Counted from the stretch's first letter, positions 23,606-31,839 are shown. The stretch is DNA of 31,839 bases from an uncultured Clostridia bacterium (GCA_937907055.1 CALCTW010000008.1:1-31839); one strand, 5' to 3'. Notes: generated by a model not told the origin, from the sequence alone. Numbers and translations are program-made.

Positions 23606-24040
23606 ATGAAAACAAAGCTGATGTGCATAGCGCTGCTGGTGATGACCCTGCTGATGACGGCCTTCACCGCATCAGCCGATGACGGCGGAAGCTTTAGTGA
23701 TAACCTGACCTGGGCATTCGATGCCGCGAACAATACGCTGACGATCTCGGGCAGCGGGAATATGGAAGACTTCAGTTCTGTTTCGCTGCCCCCGTGGTAT
23801 GATCATACCGACATGATCAAAACAGTCATCATCGAACCAGGTGTGACGAGCATCGGAGCTTATGCCTTCTATTCTGCGGAAGCGGAAACAGTCTATGCTG
23901 CCGACAGCGTGACGAGCATCGGCGAGTATGCATTTTTCCGGAGCAAGCTGAAGAGCTTCCATATGCCGTCCGGCATCCGGAGCATTGGCTCCTCCGCATT
24001 TTTTTGGCTCAGCTTGAACAACTGTCCATCGGCGATCTGA
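23606..24040 (+). CDS. BspA-like leucine-rich-repeat surface protein, N-terminal fragment (signal peptide plus first LRRs), truncated by a frameshift at the T7 run 23999-24005
   Basis: ATG 23606 with AGGAGG at 23593-23598. The product begins MKTKLMCIALLVMTLLMTAFTASADD...NLTWAFDAANNTLTISGSGNM...VTSIGAYAF...VTSIGEYAF...IRSIGSSAFF, then reads 11 out-of-frame codons and TGA. Confidence 0.8.
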   Translation: MKTKLMCIALLVMTLLMTAFTASADDGGSFSDNLTWAFDAANNTLTISGSGNMEDFSSVSLPPWYDHTDMIKTVIIEPGVTSIGAYAFYSAEAETVYAADSVTSIGEYAFFRSKLKSFHMPSGIRSIGSSAFFWLSLNNCPSAI

Positions 24041-27000
24041 AAGCCTATCTGAACTGCAACTACACGGATGAATACGCGTGGCCGCTATACAGCGTGTCAG
24101 AGCCGGTCACGCTTATCGTGAATGGCAATGAAGCGACCGTTCTGGAGATCCCGGAGGGCGTCAGCCAGATCGGTGATTTTGCCTTTTTCCATTGTAAGAG
24201 TATTACCGACCTGAAGATCCCGGAGGGCGTGCTGAGGATCGGCTGCAATGCTTTCTGTGACTGTACCAATCTGGTCGAGGTTTCTATGCCGGCGTCACTG
24301 AAAACGATCGGCGATGGAGCGTTTGCCAACACAGACAATATCCGCCGGGTCAGCATTGCCAGCATTGAATCCTGGCTGAATCTATCATTTGAAAACGAGT
24401 ATGATACCTGGTCGCTCCCGAACTGGATCAACGGCAGTAACATAAAGGACATGCGTCTATACCTGAATGGGCAGGAATTGACGGAGATCCAGATTCCCGG
24501 AAGCATCAAGACCATTCGCAGAAACGCTTTTGAGAATTTCGATCGTATCTCCCGCGTAGTCATCAATGAAGGCGTTGCCCGCATTGAAGAAAATGCTTTC
24601 GCGCACATGAGCGGACTGAAGACCCTGAGCCTGCCTGCCAGCATCCAATCGATCGCTCCCACTGCTTTTTGGAGTTCATTGGAGATTGACAGCTTGCTGC
24701 TGAGTGACCTGACAGCCTATCTGACCAGCATGCCCGCGGAAAATGACAACTATCATGGCATTCTGGGTGAGAACGGGCAGGTTTGGCTGAACGGCAAAGA
24801 GCTGTTCGATCTGATCATCCCTGAGGGTTTCACGCGCGTTCCTGCTAATGCCTTCTACAATTGGACCAATCTGCGCACGATTTCAATGCCCAATACCCTG
24901 CAGACCATCGGCACAAATGCGTTTTACCATTGTTCCTCGGTCAGCAAGATCGTGATCCCCGGCGGTGTGACGAGCATTGGAAATTCCGCGTTCAGCAGAT
25001 GCAACGGCTTGCAGGAACTGTCTCTGCCTGCCAGCCTGACAAGTGTCGGCAGTCATTGCTTTGGCGGAAGCGTCAGCAGACTGGACCTCGAAAGCCTCGA
25101 AGCGTATCTGAATTGCAGCTATGGTACCAACAGTGCGCCGCTTGAAGGTGGCACGAGCGGCCGTGCCATCTATGTGAACGGCGAGCTGCTGACCCAGGTC
25201 ATCATCCCCGATACGGTACAGAAGGTGCCCCCGCATGCATTTGATAATTGCCGTGATATAACGGAGGTCATTTTTGCCGGACCAACCACTGAGATCGATG
25301 AATACGCGTTCTTCTTCTGCAGCGGTCTGAAAACGATTGAGCTTCCCGCAGGCCTGCAAACGATCCGAAAATTAGCATTTGCATATTCCGGACTCGAATC
25401 GGTCTACATCCCGGACAGCACAACCAAAATCGAGCATCAGGTCTTTTCCCAGTGTGAAAAGCTGAGCCGTGTCAGCCTGCCTGCCAGTGTGGTCATCGAC
25501 CAGAATGCCTTCCCGGGTTCGTATACCCCGCTCGAGGTAGATTACCACGGCGATCGTATCGACGCCGCGAATCTGCTGGTGCTGGGACCATGGAACGAAG
25601 CATTGACCAACCCCGACGCAGTCTGGCACTATCGCCCGAACGGCAAGTGCGGCGAAGACCTGACCTGGGTCATTGATGACAGCGGCACACTGATCATCAG
25701 CGGTACCGGCGAAATGACTGCTTATACCGCCAGCCTGCAGCCCTGGGATCCGAAGGCGTTCAGCCGGGTCAGGATCGAAGAGGGCGTGACCACCATCAGC
25801 GACTACGCGTTTTATAACGCTCCGGTCGACATCATTCAGCTGCCCGAGTCGATGGAGACCTTCGGCGTTCACATCGTGACCTCTCATCCCATCGTGCTCT
25901 GCCCGGAATTCAGCAATGCCGATTATTGGGCATACTCCAACCAGTTTGAGACTGTCTATTCCGATCAGCTGGACATGGATCCGTTCTTCCGGGAGCATGG
26001 AAATATCGAGTTGTTCAGCGACACTACGCTGTACCGCGGCACCGTACACCGAATCACAGCCTGCGTGTTCCCGCTTGAAGCAAATGAGCTCCTGAAGTGG
26101 ACCTCCTCCGACCCAACCGTAGCCGAGGTGGATCAGAACGGTCAGGTGACTGCCGTCAACCATGGCCGAGCTGTCATCACGGCAGAATATGCCGGTGTTT
26201 CGGACTGCGTGACCGTGACAGTCAACAATTTTGAGGATGTGGGCGTGATCCACATGGACGAAACGCCGGAATTCCTCCGGCTGGGTGAAACGCTGCAGTT
26301 GTCTTTCCGCACCGTACCTCAGGATAACAGCCTCACATTCACCTATACCAGCACAGACAGCAGCGTCCTTGACGTTGACGCCAATGGTAAGGTGACCGCA
26401 GTCGGTCACGGCTATGCCTGCGTCTGGGTAGAGGCAGAAGGTGTGACCGCGGCAACCGGCCCCATCTATGTCTATACCCCCATTACAGATGTGACCCTCC
26501 CTGAAGAATTCTGGGGCGTGGCAAAGTCCTTCACGCAGATACACTGGGACATTGAGCCTGCAAACGCGAACCCCCTCTGGATCTGGACCTCGGAGCATTC
26601 CGCCCACGCAGCAGTGACGGTTTCCGAGGATGGACTGGTGAGCTGTTTCGTGCCCGGTGATATCACCATCACCATGACGGACAGGATCACCGGTCTCAGC
26701 GCTTCAACGCTGGTGCATGTCTGCCGTCCGGTCACATCCATCGAGATGCCGGAGGAGCTTACCTTTGCGGAATGCACACGATCCTACCAGTTCGAGTCTG
26801 TGGCCGTGACCATGAACGCGCGCTACATCAACCATCTGATCGTTTACACCAGTGACGACAACAACGTGGCAACCGTGACCGATGACGGCCTGATGACGAT
26901 CGTGGGACCCGGTACGGTGAATATCACCACCCGGGCCGAGAGCGGTGTATCAGCCTCCTGCAAGGTAACGATCCTGCCGGAGCACGACCGTAAAACGACG

Positions 27001-27714
27001 ACTCCCGCAGTTCTTCCCACCTGTGTGGATACGGGCAACACCGAATACTTTACCTGCGATGATTGCGGCGCATTCTTTGGATTGGTTAACGACGAATATG
27101 TAAGCATTGAGGAAAACAGCTGGATCGTTCCCGCGATTAATCACCAGCATTGGGAAAAGGCCGATGTGACAGCTGTCGAGCCCACCTGCACCGAAGACGG
27201 CTGCATGGAATACGCTGTATGCGATGATTGCGGCGCCTATTTGCTGGTGGAGGATGAAACGGTGACAGTGATCGAGGAAAACAGCTGGATCATTCCGGCG
27301 CCGGGTCATACTGAGGTCGTTGATGAAGCGATCGCGCCTACCTGCACCGAAACAGGCCTGACTGAGGGCAGCCACTGTACTGCCTGTCAGGAAGTATTTG
27401 TTGCCCAGGAGATCCTCCCTGCCACACACCGTCATGTGATGCAGTCCGGCGCGTGCTGCACCTGCGGCCGGTCATTCGACACAACAGGCGCGAAGGTGCT
27501 CACACTTCCTTCCCTGCTCACAAGCATTGCTGACAATGCCTTCGAAGGAATCTTCGCGGAGATCGTTGTGATCCCAGCCGGGTGCACGAAGATCGGCGAA
27601 CGTGCCTTTGCCGATTGCGCCGCGTTGCGGTATGTGTTCATGCCCGCGGACATCGACATTCATGACAGCGCGTTTGATGGCTGCGAGAATACGATCGAGT
27701 TTATCATCCAATAA
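24004..27714 (+). CDS. BspA-like LRR (LRR_5) / Big_2 / Cys-rich-repeat surface protein, main body (continues 23606..24003 if the T-run is 8 rather than 7)
   Basis: 1236-aa ORF. It has many IP.GV..IG..AF..C..L LRR_5 units and about 4 Big_2-like modules (e.g. TSSDPTVAEVDQNGQVTAVNHGRAVITAEY). Three PTC..(T/E).G....C..CG Cys-rich repeats lie around 27000-27480, followed by terminal LRRs. TAA stop plus a terminator. Confidence 0.88.
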   Translation: MAQLEQLSIGDLKAYLNCNYTDEYAWPLYSVSEPVTLIVNGNEATVLEIPEGVSQIGDFAFFHCKSITDLKIPEGVLRIGCNAFCDCTNLVEVSMPASLKTIGDGAFANTDNIRRVSIASIESWLNLSFENEYDTWSLPNWINGSNIKDMRLYLNGQELTEIQIPGSIKTIRRNAFENFDRISRVVINEGVARIEENAFAHMSGLKTLSLPASIQSIAPTAFWSSLEIDSLLLSDLTAYLTSMPAENDNYHGILGENGQVWLNGKELFDLIIPEGFTRVPANAFYNWTNLRTISMPNTLQTIGTNAFYHCSSVSKIVIPGGVTSIGNSAFSRCNGLQELSLPASLTSVGSHCFGGSVSRLDLESLEAYLNCSYGTNSAPLEGGTSGRAIYVNGELLTQVIIPDTVQKVPPHAFDNCRDITEVIFAGPTTEIDEYAFFFCSGLKTIELPAGLQTIRKLAFAYSGLESVYIPDSTTKIEHQVFSQCEKLSRVSLPASVVIDQNAFPGSYTPLEVDYHGDRIDAANLLVLGPWNEALTNPDAVWHYRPNGKCGEDLTWVIDDSGTLIISGTGEMTAYTASLQPWDPKAFSRVRIEEGVTTISDYAFYNAPVDIIQLPESMETFGVHIVTSHPIVLCPEFSNADYWAYSNQFETVYSDQLDMDPFFREHGNIELFSDTTLYRGTVHRITACVFPLEANELLKWTSSDPTVAEVDQNGQVTAVNHGRAVITAEYAGVSDCVTVTVNNFEDVGVIHMDETPEFLRLGETLQLSFRTVPQDNSLTFTYTSTDSSVLDVDANGKVTAVGHGYACVWVEAEGVTAATGPIYVYTPITDVTLPEEFWGVAKSFTQIHWDIEPANANPLWIWTSEHSAHAAVTVSEDGLVSCFVPGDITITMTDRITGLSASTLVHVCRPVTSIEMPEELTFAECTRSYQFESVAVTMNARYINHLIVYTSDDNNVATVTDDGLMTIVGPGTVNITTRAESGVSASCKVTILPEHDRKTTTPAVLPTCVDTGNTEYFTCDDCGAFFGLVNDEYVSIEENSWIVPAINHQHWEKADVTAVEPTCTEDGCMEYAVCDDCGAYLLVEDETVTVIEENSWIIPAPGHTEVVDEAIAPTCTETGLTEGSHCTACQEVFVAQEILPATHRHVMQSGACCTCGRSFDTTGAKVLTLPSLLTSIADNAFEGIFAEIVVIPAGCTKIGERAFADCAALRYVFMPADIDIHDSAFDGCENTIEFIIQ

Positions 27715-27728
27715 TTCAGAAAACATCC

Positions 27729-27762
27729 ATACCGCAGACGGAACTTCCGCTGCGGTATTTTT
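27729..27762 (+). terminator. Rho-independent terminator
   Basis: ataccgcag, a 12-nt loop, ctgcggtat, then tttt. Confidence 0.8.
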
Positions 27763-27958
27763 GCGCGCCATCGTGAATGAACTCCATGATACAAGCATTC
27801 ATTTCTCGTGTTCCGCAAGGAATCTGCTTCCCGGCTTTCTTATCGTAACCTATGTATGACACTCGCAGACAAAACAGTTTCAATTTCAACAGACCCTATT
27901 GACAATCAAATAAAAAGAATTATCATTAATACCGACAATCAACAAAGGAGAAAGAAAT

Positions 27959-29062
27959 ATGCTTAAGAAATGGATCTCAATTCTTATCGTGATAATCTGC
28001 CTCGTTCCGCTCGCGGCTTCCGCCTACACGATGGACGATATATACTGGTCTCTGGAAAGAGAAGACGGAAAGACCGTCCTTTACCTCAAGGGAATCAAAG
28101 GCTTCTCTTCTGATGATTCAGACAACCTTGTGATAACGACCCCCGTGGACAAGATCGTCTTTGCGATCCCGTATCCCGTATCCGATATATACAGGACCCT
28201 GCGCATTGATAAACTGTTTATTCCTTCTGTGCAGGAATATGCTGTGGAAGGCCCGCGCACGGTCTCGGACGGAATTTCCGTTGAAAATCATTTCTGGTTC
28301 CATGAGGTTGTTGTGATGGGAAACATCAAACAATGGCCGAACCTTAATAACGCCGTGATGTTCGATGATATCAGTGTCACGGTCAACGGAACGGTCGGCT
28401 TTATCCCCGCGGACAGTTTTTATCCGAGCGAAAACAGCTTCCAAAAATGCGCGTACAAAAACATTTCCCTGATCAGCAACGAGTATTACACCTTCGAAGA
28501 CGGTGTGCTTGAAGATTCGTTCACCGGCATGCCGATGTGGGCTTCTGAAGAGCATATTTTCTACGAAGAACCTTATTATTACATGTTCAACCGCGCGCAT
28601 GATGCCGTATCCCTCATTGATTACAGAGGAAAAAACACCGAATCGGAGTACTATCTTCCCGATACCACAAAGGATGGGTATCCTGTCCGTTGGATCTCCG
28701 GCCCCGCGCTCATTGCCATGAACCCTTATGATTTTACGAATGATCTGAACAAATTGTACGATAAGTTGTCGAGCGCGCAGGATCAGCTGGACCGCTGGAT
28801 CGCAGGCGGAAAAAAGACGGAAGAACAGATCAATAAGCAAAAAGAAAAGATCGATCAGTTACAGGCTGAGTATGATGCGATGTATGAGGAATCTCTGAAA
28901 ACGAGATACCGCAATACGCTGTATCTTGGGCAGAATGTCGAAGCCGTATCCGACTTTGACTCTGAGCTGCTTGACTTTGATATGCTCTATGTTCCTGTAA
29001 CATTGAAGCACTATGGTAAAGGATTGCTGGAATCAACACAAGCTGTTCGTTTCAATCCTTAA
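27959..29062 (+). CDS. Secreted hypothetical protein, paralogue 1 (degenerate LRR-like N-terminal part, C-terminal coiled-coil-like segment)
   Basis: 367-aa ORF with AAGGAG RBS and signal peptide MLKKWISILIVIICLVPLAASA. It is collinear with 29214..30317. GC is lower than in the flanks by eye. TAA stop. Confidence 0.8.
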   Translation: MLKKWISILIVIICLVPLAASAYTMDDIYWSLEREDGKTVLYLKGIKGFSSDDSDNLVITTPVDKIVFAIPYPVSDIYRTLRIDKLFIPSVQEYAVEGPRTVSDGISVENHFWFHEVVVMGNIKQWPNLNNAVMFDDISVTVNGTVGFIPADSFYPSENSFQKCAYKNISLISNEYYTFEDGVLEDSFTGMPMWASEEHIFYEEPYYYMFNRAHDAVSLIDYRGKNTESEYYLPDTTKDGYPVRWISGPALIAMNPYDFTNDLNKLYDKLSSAQDQLDRWIAGGKKTEEQINKQKEKIDQLQAEYDAMYEESLKTRYRNTLYLGQNVEAVSDFDSELLDFDMLYVPVTLKHYGKGLLESTQAVRFNP

Positions 29063-29213
29063 ATCTGTTCTTTTAAGAAAAACGGAAGGGTGTTCTGCTG
29101 ATATAACCCTAAAACCGTACGACCGGTAATGCATATCAACAATGTCAAGAAAACGGGGCAATTGATATCATAAATAATCAATTCACATTGAATACAACAA
29201 TGAGGGAAAAAGC

Positions 29214-30317
29214 ATGCTTAAGAAATGGATCTCAATTCTTATCGTAATCGTCTGTATCATTCCATTCGCGGCTTCCGCATACACAATGGATGATATCTTC
29301 TGGTCTCTTGAAAGAGAAGACGGGAAGACAGTTCTTTATCTCAAGGGTATCCGAAACTTCCCTTCCGATGGATCCTATGATTTGGTTGTGAATGTTCCTG
29401 CGGATAAAATCGTGTTTTCGGTCCCTTATTACGTTAAGGATCAATATTGGAGTCTACACATTGATAAACTGTATATTCCCTCCGTTTCGGAATATGCTGT
29501 AGAAAGCCGTGTACTCATCCATGATGATTTCTATTATGAAAACTATATTCACTATATCCATATCATTTTCATGGGAAATATAAATGAATGGCCGGATTTC
29601 AGAAACGCCTACTGCCCCCAATCATTTTCTGTTACGGTTAACGGAACGGTCGATTACATTCCTTCAAACGCTTTCTTCCCGGACGGATACAATGTTATGG
29701 ATCGGCTGTACGATAATGTCTCCCTGATCAGCAATGAACATTATACCTGCGAGAACGGTGTGCTTGAGGATTCCTTCACCGGCATGCCGATCTGGGCCTC
29801 TGAAGAGAACATTTTCTATGAAGAGCCGTATTACTACATGTTCAACTGCGCGCATGATGCCGTGTCCATCCTTGATTACAAAGGGAAAACGACCGAACCG
29901 GAATTCTATATTCCCGACACGACAAAGGCCGGTTATCCTGTCCGTTGGATCTCCGGCCCCGCGATCATTGCCATGAATCCCTATGATTTTACAGATGATC
30001 TTGCTAAGGCACTGGATAAGCTGGAAAGGGCACTGGATCAGTTGGATCGTTGGCTTGCCGGCGGGAAAAAGACAGAAGAGCAGATCAACAGGCAAATGGA
30101 AAAGATCAATGAATTACAGGCCGAATATGATGCTTTATATGAGGAATCTCTCAAAACGAGGTACCGCAATACACTGTATCTCGGACAGAACATCGAGGCT
30201 GTATCCGATTTCGATCCCGATCTGCTCAGATTTGACGCGATCTATGTTCCTGCCACGCTGACCCACTATGGCAAGGGGCTGCTGGATATGGAAAGTCGTC
30301 TCTATATCAATCCGTAA
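29214..30317 (+). CDS. Secreted hypothetical protein, paralogue 2
   Basis: 367-aa ORF with signal peptide MLKKWISILIVIVCIIPFAASA. It has the same length as paralogue 1 and aligns without gaps. TAA stop plus a terminator. Confidence 0.8.
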   Translation: MLKKWISILIVIVCIIPFAASAYTMDDIFWSLEREDGKTVLYLKGIRNFPSDGSYDLVVNVPADKIVFSVPYYVKDQYWSLHIDKLYIPSVSEYAVESRVLIHDDFYYENYIHYIHIIFMGNINEWPDFRNAYCPQSFSVTVNGTVDYIPSNAFFPDGYNVMDRLYDNVSLISNEHYTCENGVLEDSFTGMPIWASEENIFYEEPYYYMFNCAHDAVSILDYKGKTTEPEFYIPDTTKAGYPVRWISGPAIIAMNPYDFTDDLAKALDKLERALDQLDRWLAGGKKTEEQINRQMEKINELQAEYDALYEESLKTRYRNTLYLGQNIEAVSDFDPDLLRFDAIYVPATLTHYGKGLLDMESRLYINP

Positions 30318-30327
30318 ACACACAAAG

Positions 30328-30358
30328 CCCGGAAGAGAGAACCTCTTCCGGATTTTTT
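30328..30358 (+). terminator. Rho-independent terminator
   Basis: ccggaagag, loop agaac, ctcttccgg, then a ttttttt. Confidence 0.85.
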
Positions 30359-30388
30359 TATGGACAGAAACAGAATGAGAAGAATGTA

Positions 30389-30417
30389 TTGAAAAATGCG
30401 TTTTTTTCCGTTACAAT
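30389..30417 (+). promoter_or_regulatory. Sigma-70-like promoter TTGAAA-17-TACAAT for the riboswitch-folT unit
   Basis: ttgaaa at 30389-30394, a 17-nt spacer, tacaat at 30412-30417. Confidence 0.6.
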
Positions 30418-30433
30418 GCACATAACGGCCTAA

Positions 30434-30599
30434 GAGGCAGAGTAGCTGCAGGCGCGTAAAGTGTTCATGAACGGGGAGTTGTCATGAAACGAAGTCTTCG
30501 GCGCGAGAGCGCGAAGAGACGCGGTGCCTGCGGCGCATCCCGCTGCTTAAAGTGACTGCCTCCTGCAGGTCGAGGACTTGCGCGGAGGCGTTTTCTTTG
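30434..30599 (+). promoter_or_regulatory. THF (tetrahydrofolate, folT-motif) riboswitch aptamer (about 30434-30550) with an intrinsic-terminator expression platform (30559-30599)
   Basis: It matches the conserved THF-riboswitch strings I remember: AGAGUAG, GCGU(U/A)AAGUG, the P3 hairpin UUCAUGA-ACGGGGAGUUG-UCAUGAA, ACGAAG, GAGAGCGCG..GCGGUG and GCAUCCCGCUGC. The terminator is cctcctgcaggtc/gacttgcgcggagg followed by a T-run. It lies upstream of an ECF S-component gene. Confidence 0.85.
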
Positions 30600-30671
30600 T
30601 ATATGGATGCTTTGAAAACTCCTTTGCTGTTTGGCGTATCCGAATCACGCGATCAGAAAGGAGTTTTTTGA

Positions 30672-31415
30672 ATGACAAAAACCGGATCTTCAGAACCGAA
30701 AGTTCTGCCCATTTGTTCCAAGCAGTACTGGCGTACAGCGCTCTCCCTTGTAAAGGATACAAGGATGCTCGTATTCGCGGCGCTGATCATCGCGCTGCGT
30801 GTGGCCGTCAAAACGCTGAAGCTGACCACGGGCACCATCTCTTTTACATTTGACTGCTATGTCAACTCGCTGGGCTCCATTGTGTACGGCCCGATCATGG
30901 GTCTGCTGGTGGGCGCGGTAAGCGATACGCTGGGATGCATCCTTGTTCCCAGCCCGACCAGCCCGTACTTTTTCCCGTTCATCTTTGTGGAGATGAGCAG
31001 CAGCTTCATCTTTGCCCTGTTCCTGTGGAAGCGTCCGCTTTCCCCCTCCAGAACGCTGCTGTGCAAATTCACGGTGAACATGTTCTGCAATGTCATCCTG
31101 ACCTCGCTGTTCATCAAGTGGTCCTACTCCTACTTTGGGATGGATAAGGTGTATAACCTTTTCAACCTGCAGCGGCTGGTGAAAAACATGATCACCTTCC
31201 CTGTGGAATCCATGCTGATCGTGCTGATCCTGCAGGCCGCGATCCCTGTATTGCAGCGGTGCGGGCTCAAATCCATCCTGCCGGTCAAAAACCGGCTGCA
31301 GAAAAAGCATTACTGGCTTATCGCGCTGCTGCTGGTCATTTCTGTGGGGCTGATCCTGCTGTACATTTTTGTGCTCAACGATCTGCTGAAGGCCAATAAT
31401 ATCAAACTGCTGTAA
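30672..31415 (+). CDS. folT: ECF-transporter S component, folate family (FolT-like), with an extra C-terminal TM helix
   Basis: 247-aa polytopic ORF (..LVFAALIIALRVAVK......FTF..YVNSLGSIVYGPIMGLLVGAVSDTLGC...). AAAGGAG RBS. The function is inferred mainly from the THF riboswitch directly upstream. TAA stop. Confidence 0.8.
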   Translation: MTKTGSSEPKVLPICSKQYWRTALSLVKDTRMLVFAALIIALRVAVKTLKLTTGTISFTFDCYVNSLGSIVYGPIMGLLVGAVSDTLGCILVPSPTSPYFFPFIFVEMSSSFIFALFLWKRPLSPSRTLLCKFTVNMFCNVILTSLFIKWSYSYFGMDKVYNLFNLQRLVKNMITFPVESMLIVLILQAAIPVLQRCGLKSILPVKNRLQKKHYWLIALLLVISVGLILLYIFVLNDLLKANNIKLL

Positions 31416-31434
31416 AGAGAAAGGAGACGCGGAC

Positions 31435-31839
31435 ATGGACGTGCAGAAGGTGTTTGCGATCCTGAAAGAACTTTATCCTGCCGCCGGGCCGGAGCTTCAC
31501 TTTTCCAACGCGTATGAAACACTGGTCGCCACCATTCTGTCCGCCCAGTGTACGGACGCGCGTGTCAATCAGGTGACCCCTGCCGTGTTCCGCGATTTTC
31601 CGACACCTGCCGCCATGGCGGAGACAACGCCGGAGATCCTGTTTCCCTATGTGCGCTCCTGCGGCTTCAAGAGCAAGGCCTCGAATATCGTTGCCGCATG
31701 CAGAATGATCATGGATGAGTACGGCGGAGAAGTGCCCCATACCATGGAGGAACTGACCCGTCTGCCGGGTGTTGGCCGGAAGACCGCCTCGGTGGTGCTG
31801 CTGGCCAGTGAAGAATGGGCCGCCGCCAATGGCTGGCCG
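31435..31839 (+). CDS. nth: Endonuclease III (Nth, HhH-GPD family), N-terminal 135 codons; runs off the window
   Basis: Absent from the ORF track because it has no stop in the window. My translation from ATG 31435 gives MDVQKVFAILKELYPAAGPELHFSNAYETLVATILSAQCTDARVNQVTP.VF......AMAE.......YV...GF...KA.NI......I...YGGEVP.TMEELT.LPGVGRKTA.VVL......GWP. AAGGAG RBS. Confidence 0.88.
   Translation, partial: MDVQKVFAILKELYPAAGPELHFSNAYETLVATILSAQCTDARVNQVTPAVFRDFPTPAAMAETTPEILFPYVRSCGFKSKASNIVAACRMIMDEYGGEVPHTMEELTRLPGVGRKTASVVLLASEEWAAANGWP

Noticed and set aside
27959-30317. Considered whether the variable centre of the tandem paralogues is a diversity-generating retroelement target (VR/TR pair).
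   Set aside because: There is no reverse transcriptase or accessory gene in the window. Differences are spread over all four bases and over whole codons rather than being adenine-specific. Both copies are full-length genes.
31795-31839. The last codons of nth (VVLLASEEWAAANGWP) seemed to depart from the HhH-GPD continuation, suggesting a frameshift or chimeric window end.
   Set aside because: The segment realigns with the E. coli-type ..VVLNTAFGWP.. motif with a short loop insertion, so it is consistent with an intact nth.

Overview
This looks like a high-GC Firmicutes/Clostridia-type chromosomal segment with about 26 genes and no rRNA, tRNA, CRISPR, transposase or integrase that I could find. 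All composition statements are by eye.

Gene content, left to right:
- kduD-like SDR (partial), kduI and an MscS channel.
- A small secreted protein.
- A long minus-strand block: sugar-transfer ATP-grasp, PG-binding secreted protein, PflX-like radical SAM, ABC exporter, pth, mfd.
- ychF, a P-loop kinase and a PreA-like Fe-S flavoenzyme.
- An AT-rich 2-gene islet, then a YczE-like membrane protein, birA and trmO.
- A surface-protein block: a 940-aa SH3b-array/PG-binding wall protein, a BspA-like LRR/Big_2 protein of about 1370 aa, and two tandem 367-aa secreted paralogues.
- A THF-riboswitch-controlled folT, and nth (partial).

Headline observation: two unrelated, otherwise intact conserved genes (mfd and the radical-SAM gene) each carry a single in-frame TAG, both straight after Leu-Ala. 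None of the 22 complete genes here terminates in TAG (15 TAA, 7 TGA). This is compatible with amber read-through or reassignment in a bacterial chromosome, but also with nonsense pseudogenes or base errors. It needs genome-wide testing.

Other points of interest:
- A helically phased 10-bp A-tract repeat array sits in a terminator-bounded gap.
- 257-bp direct repeats, diverged with a synonymous-biased pattern, flank the AT-rich islet inserted at the 3' end of the membrane-protein gene.
- A T7 homopolymer frameshift splits the giant LRR gene.
- A 21-nt box is shared upstream of the two surface-protein units.
- A near-identical terminator-like hairpin brackets the PreA-like gene.
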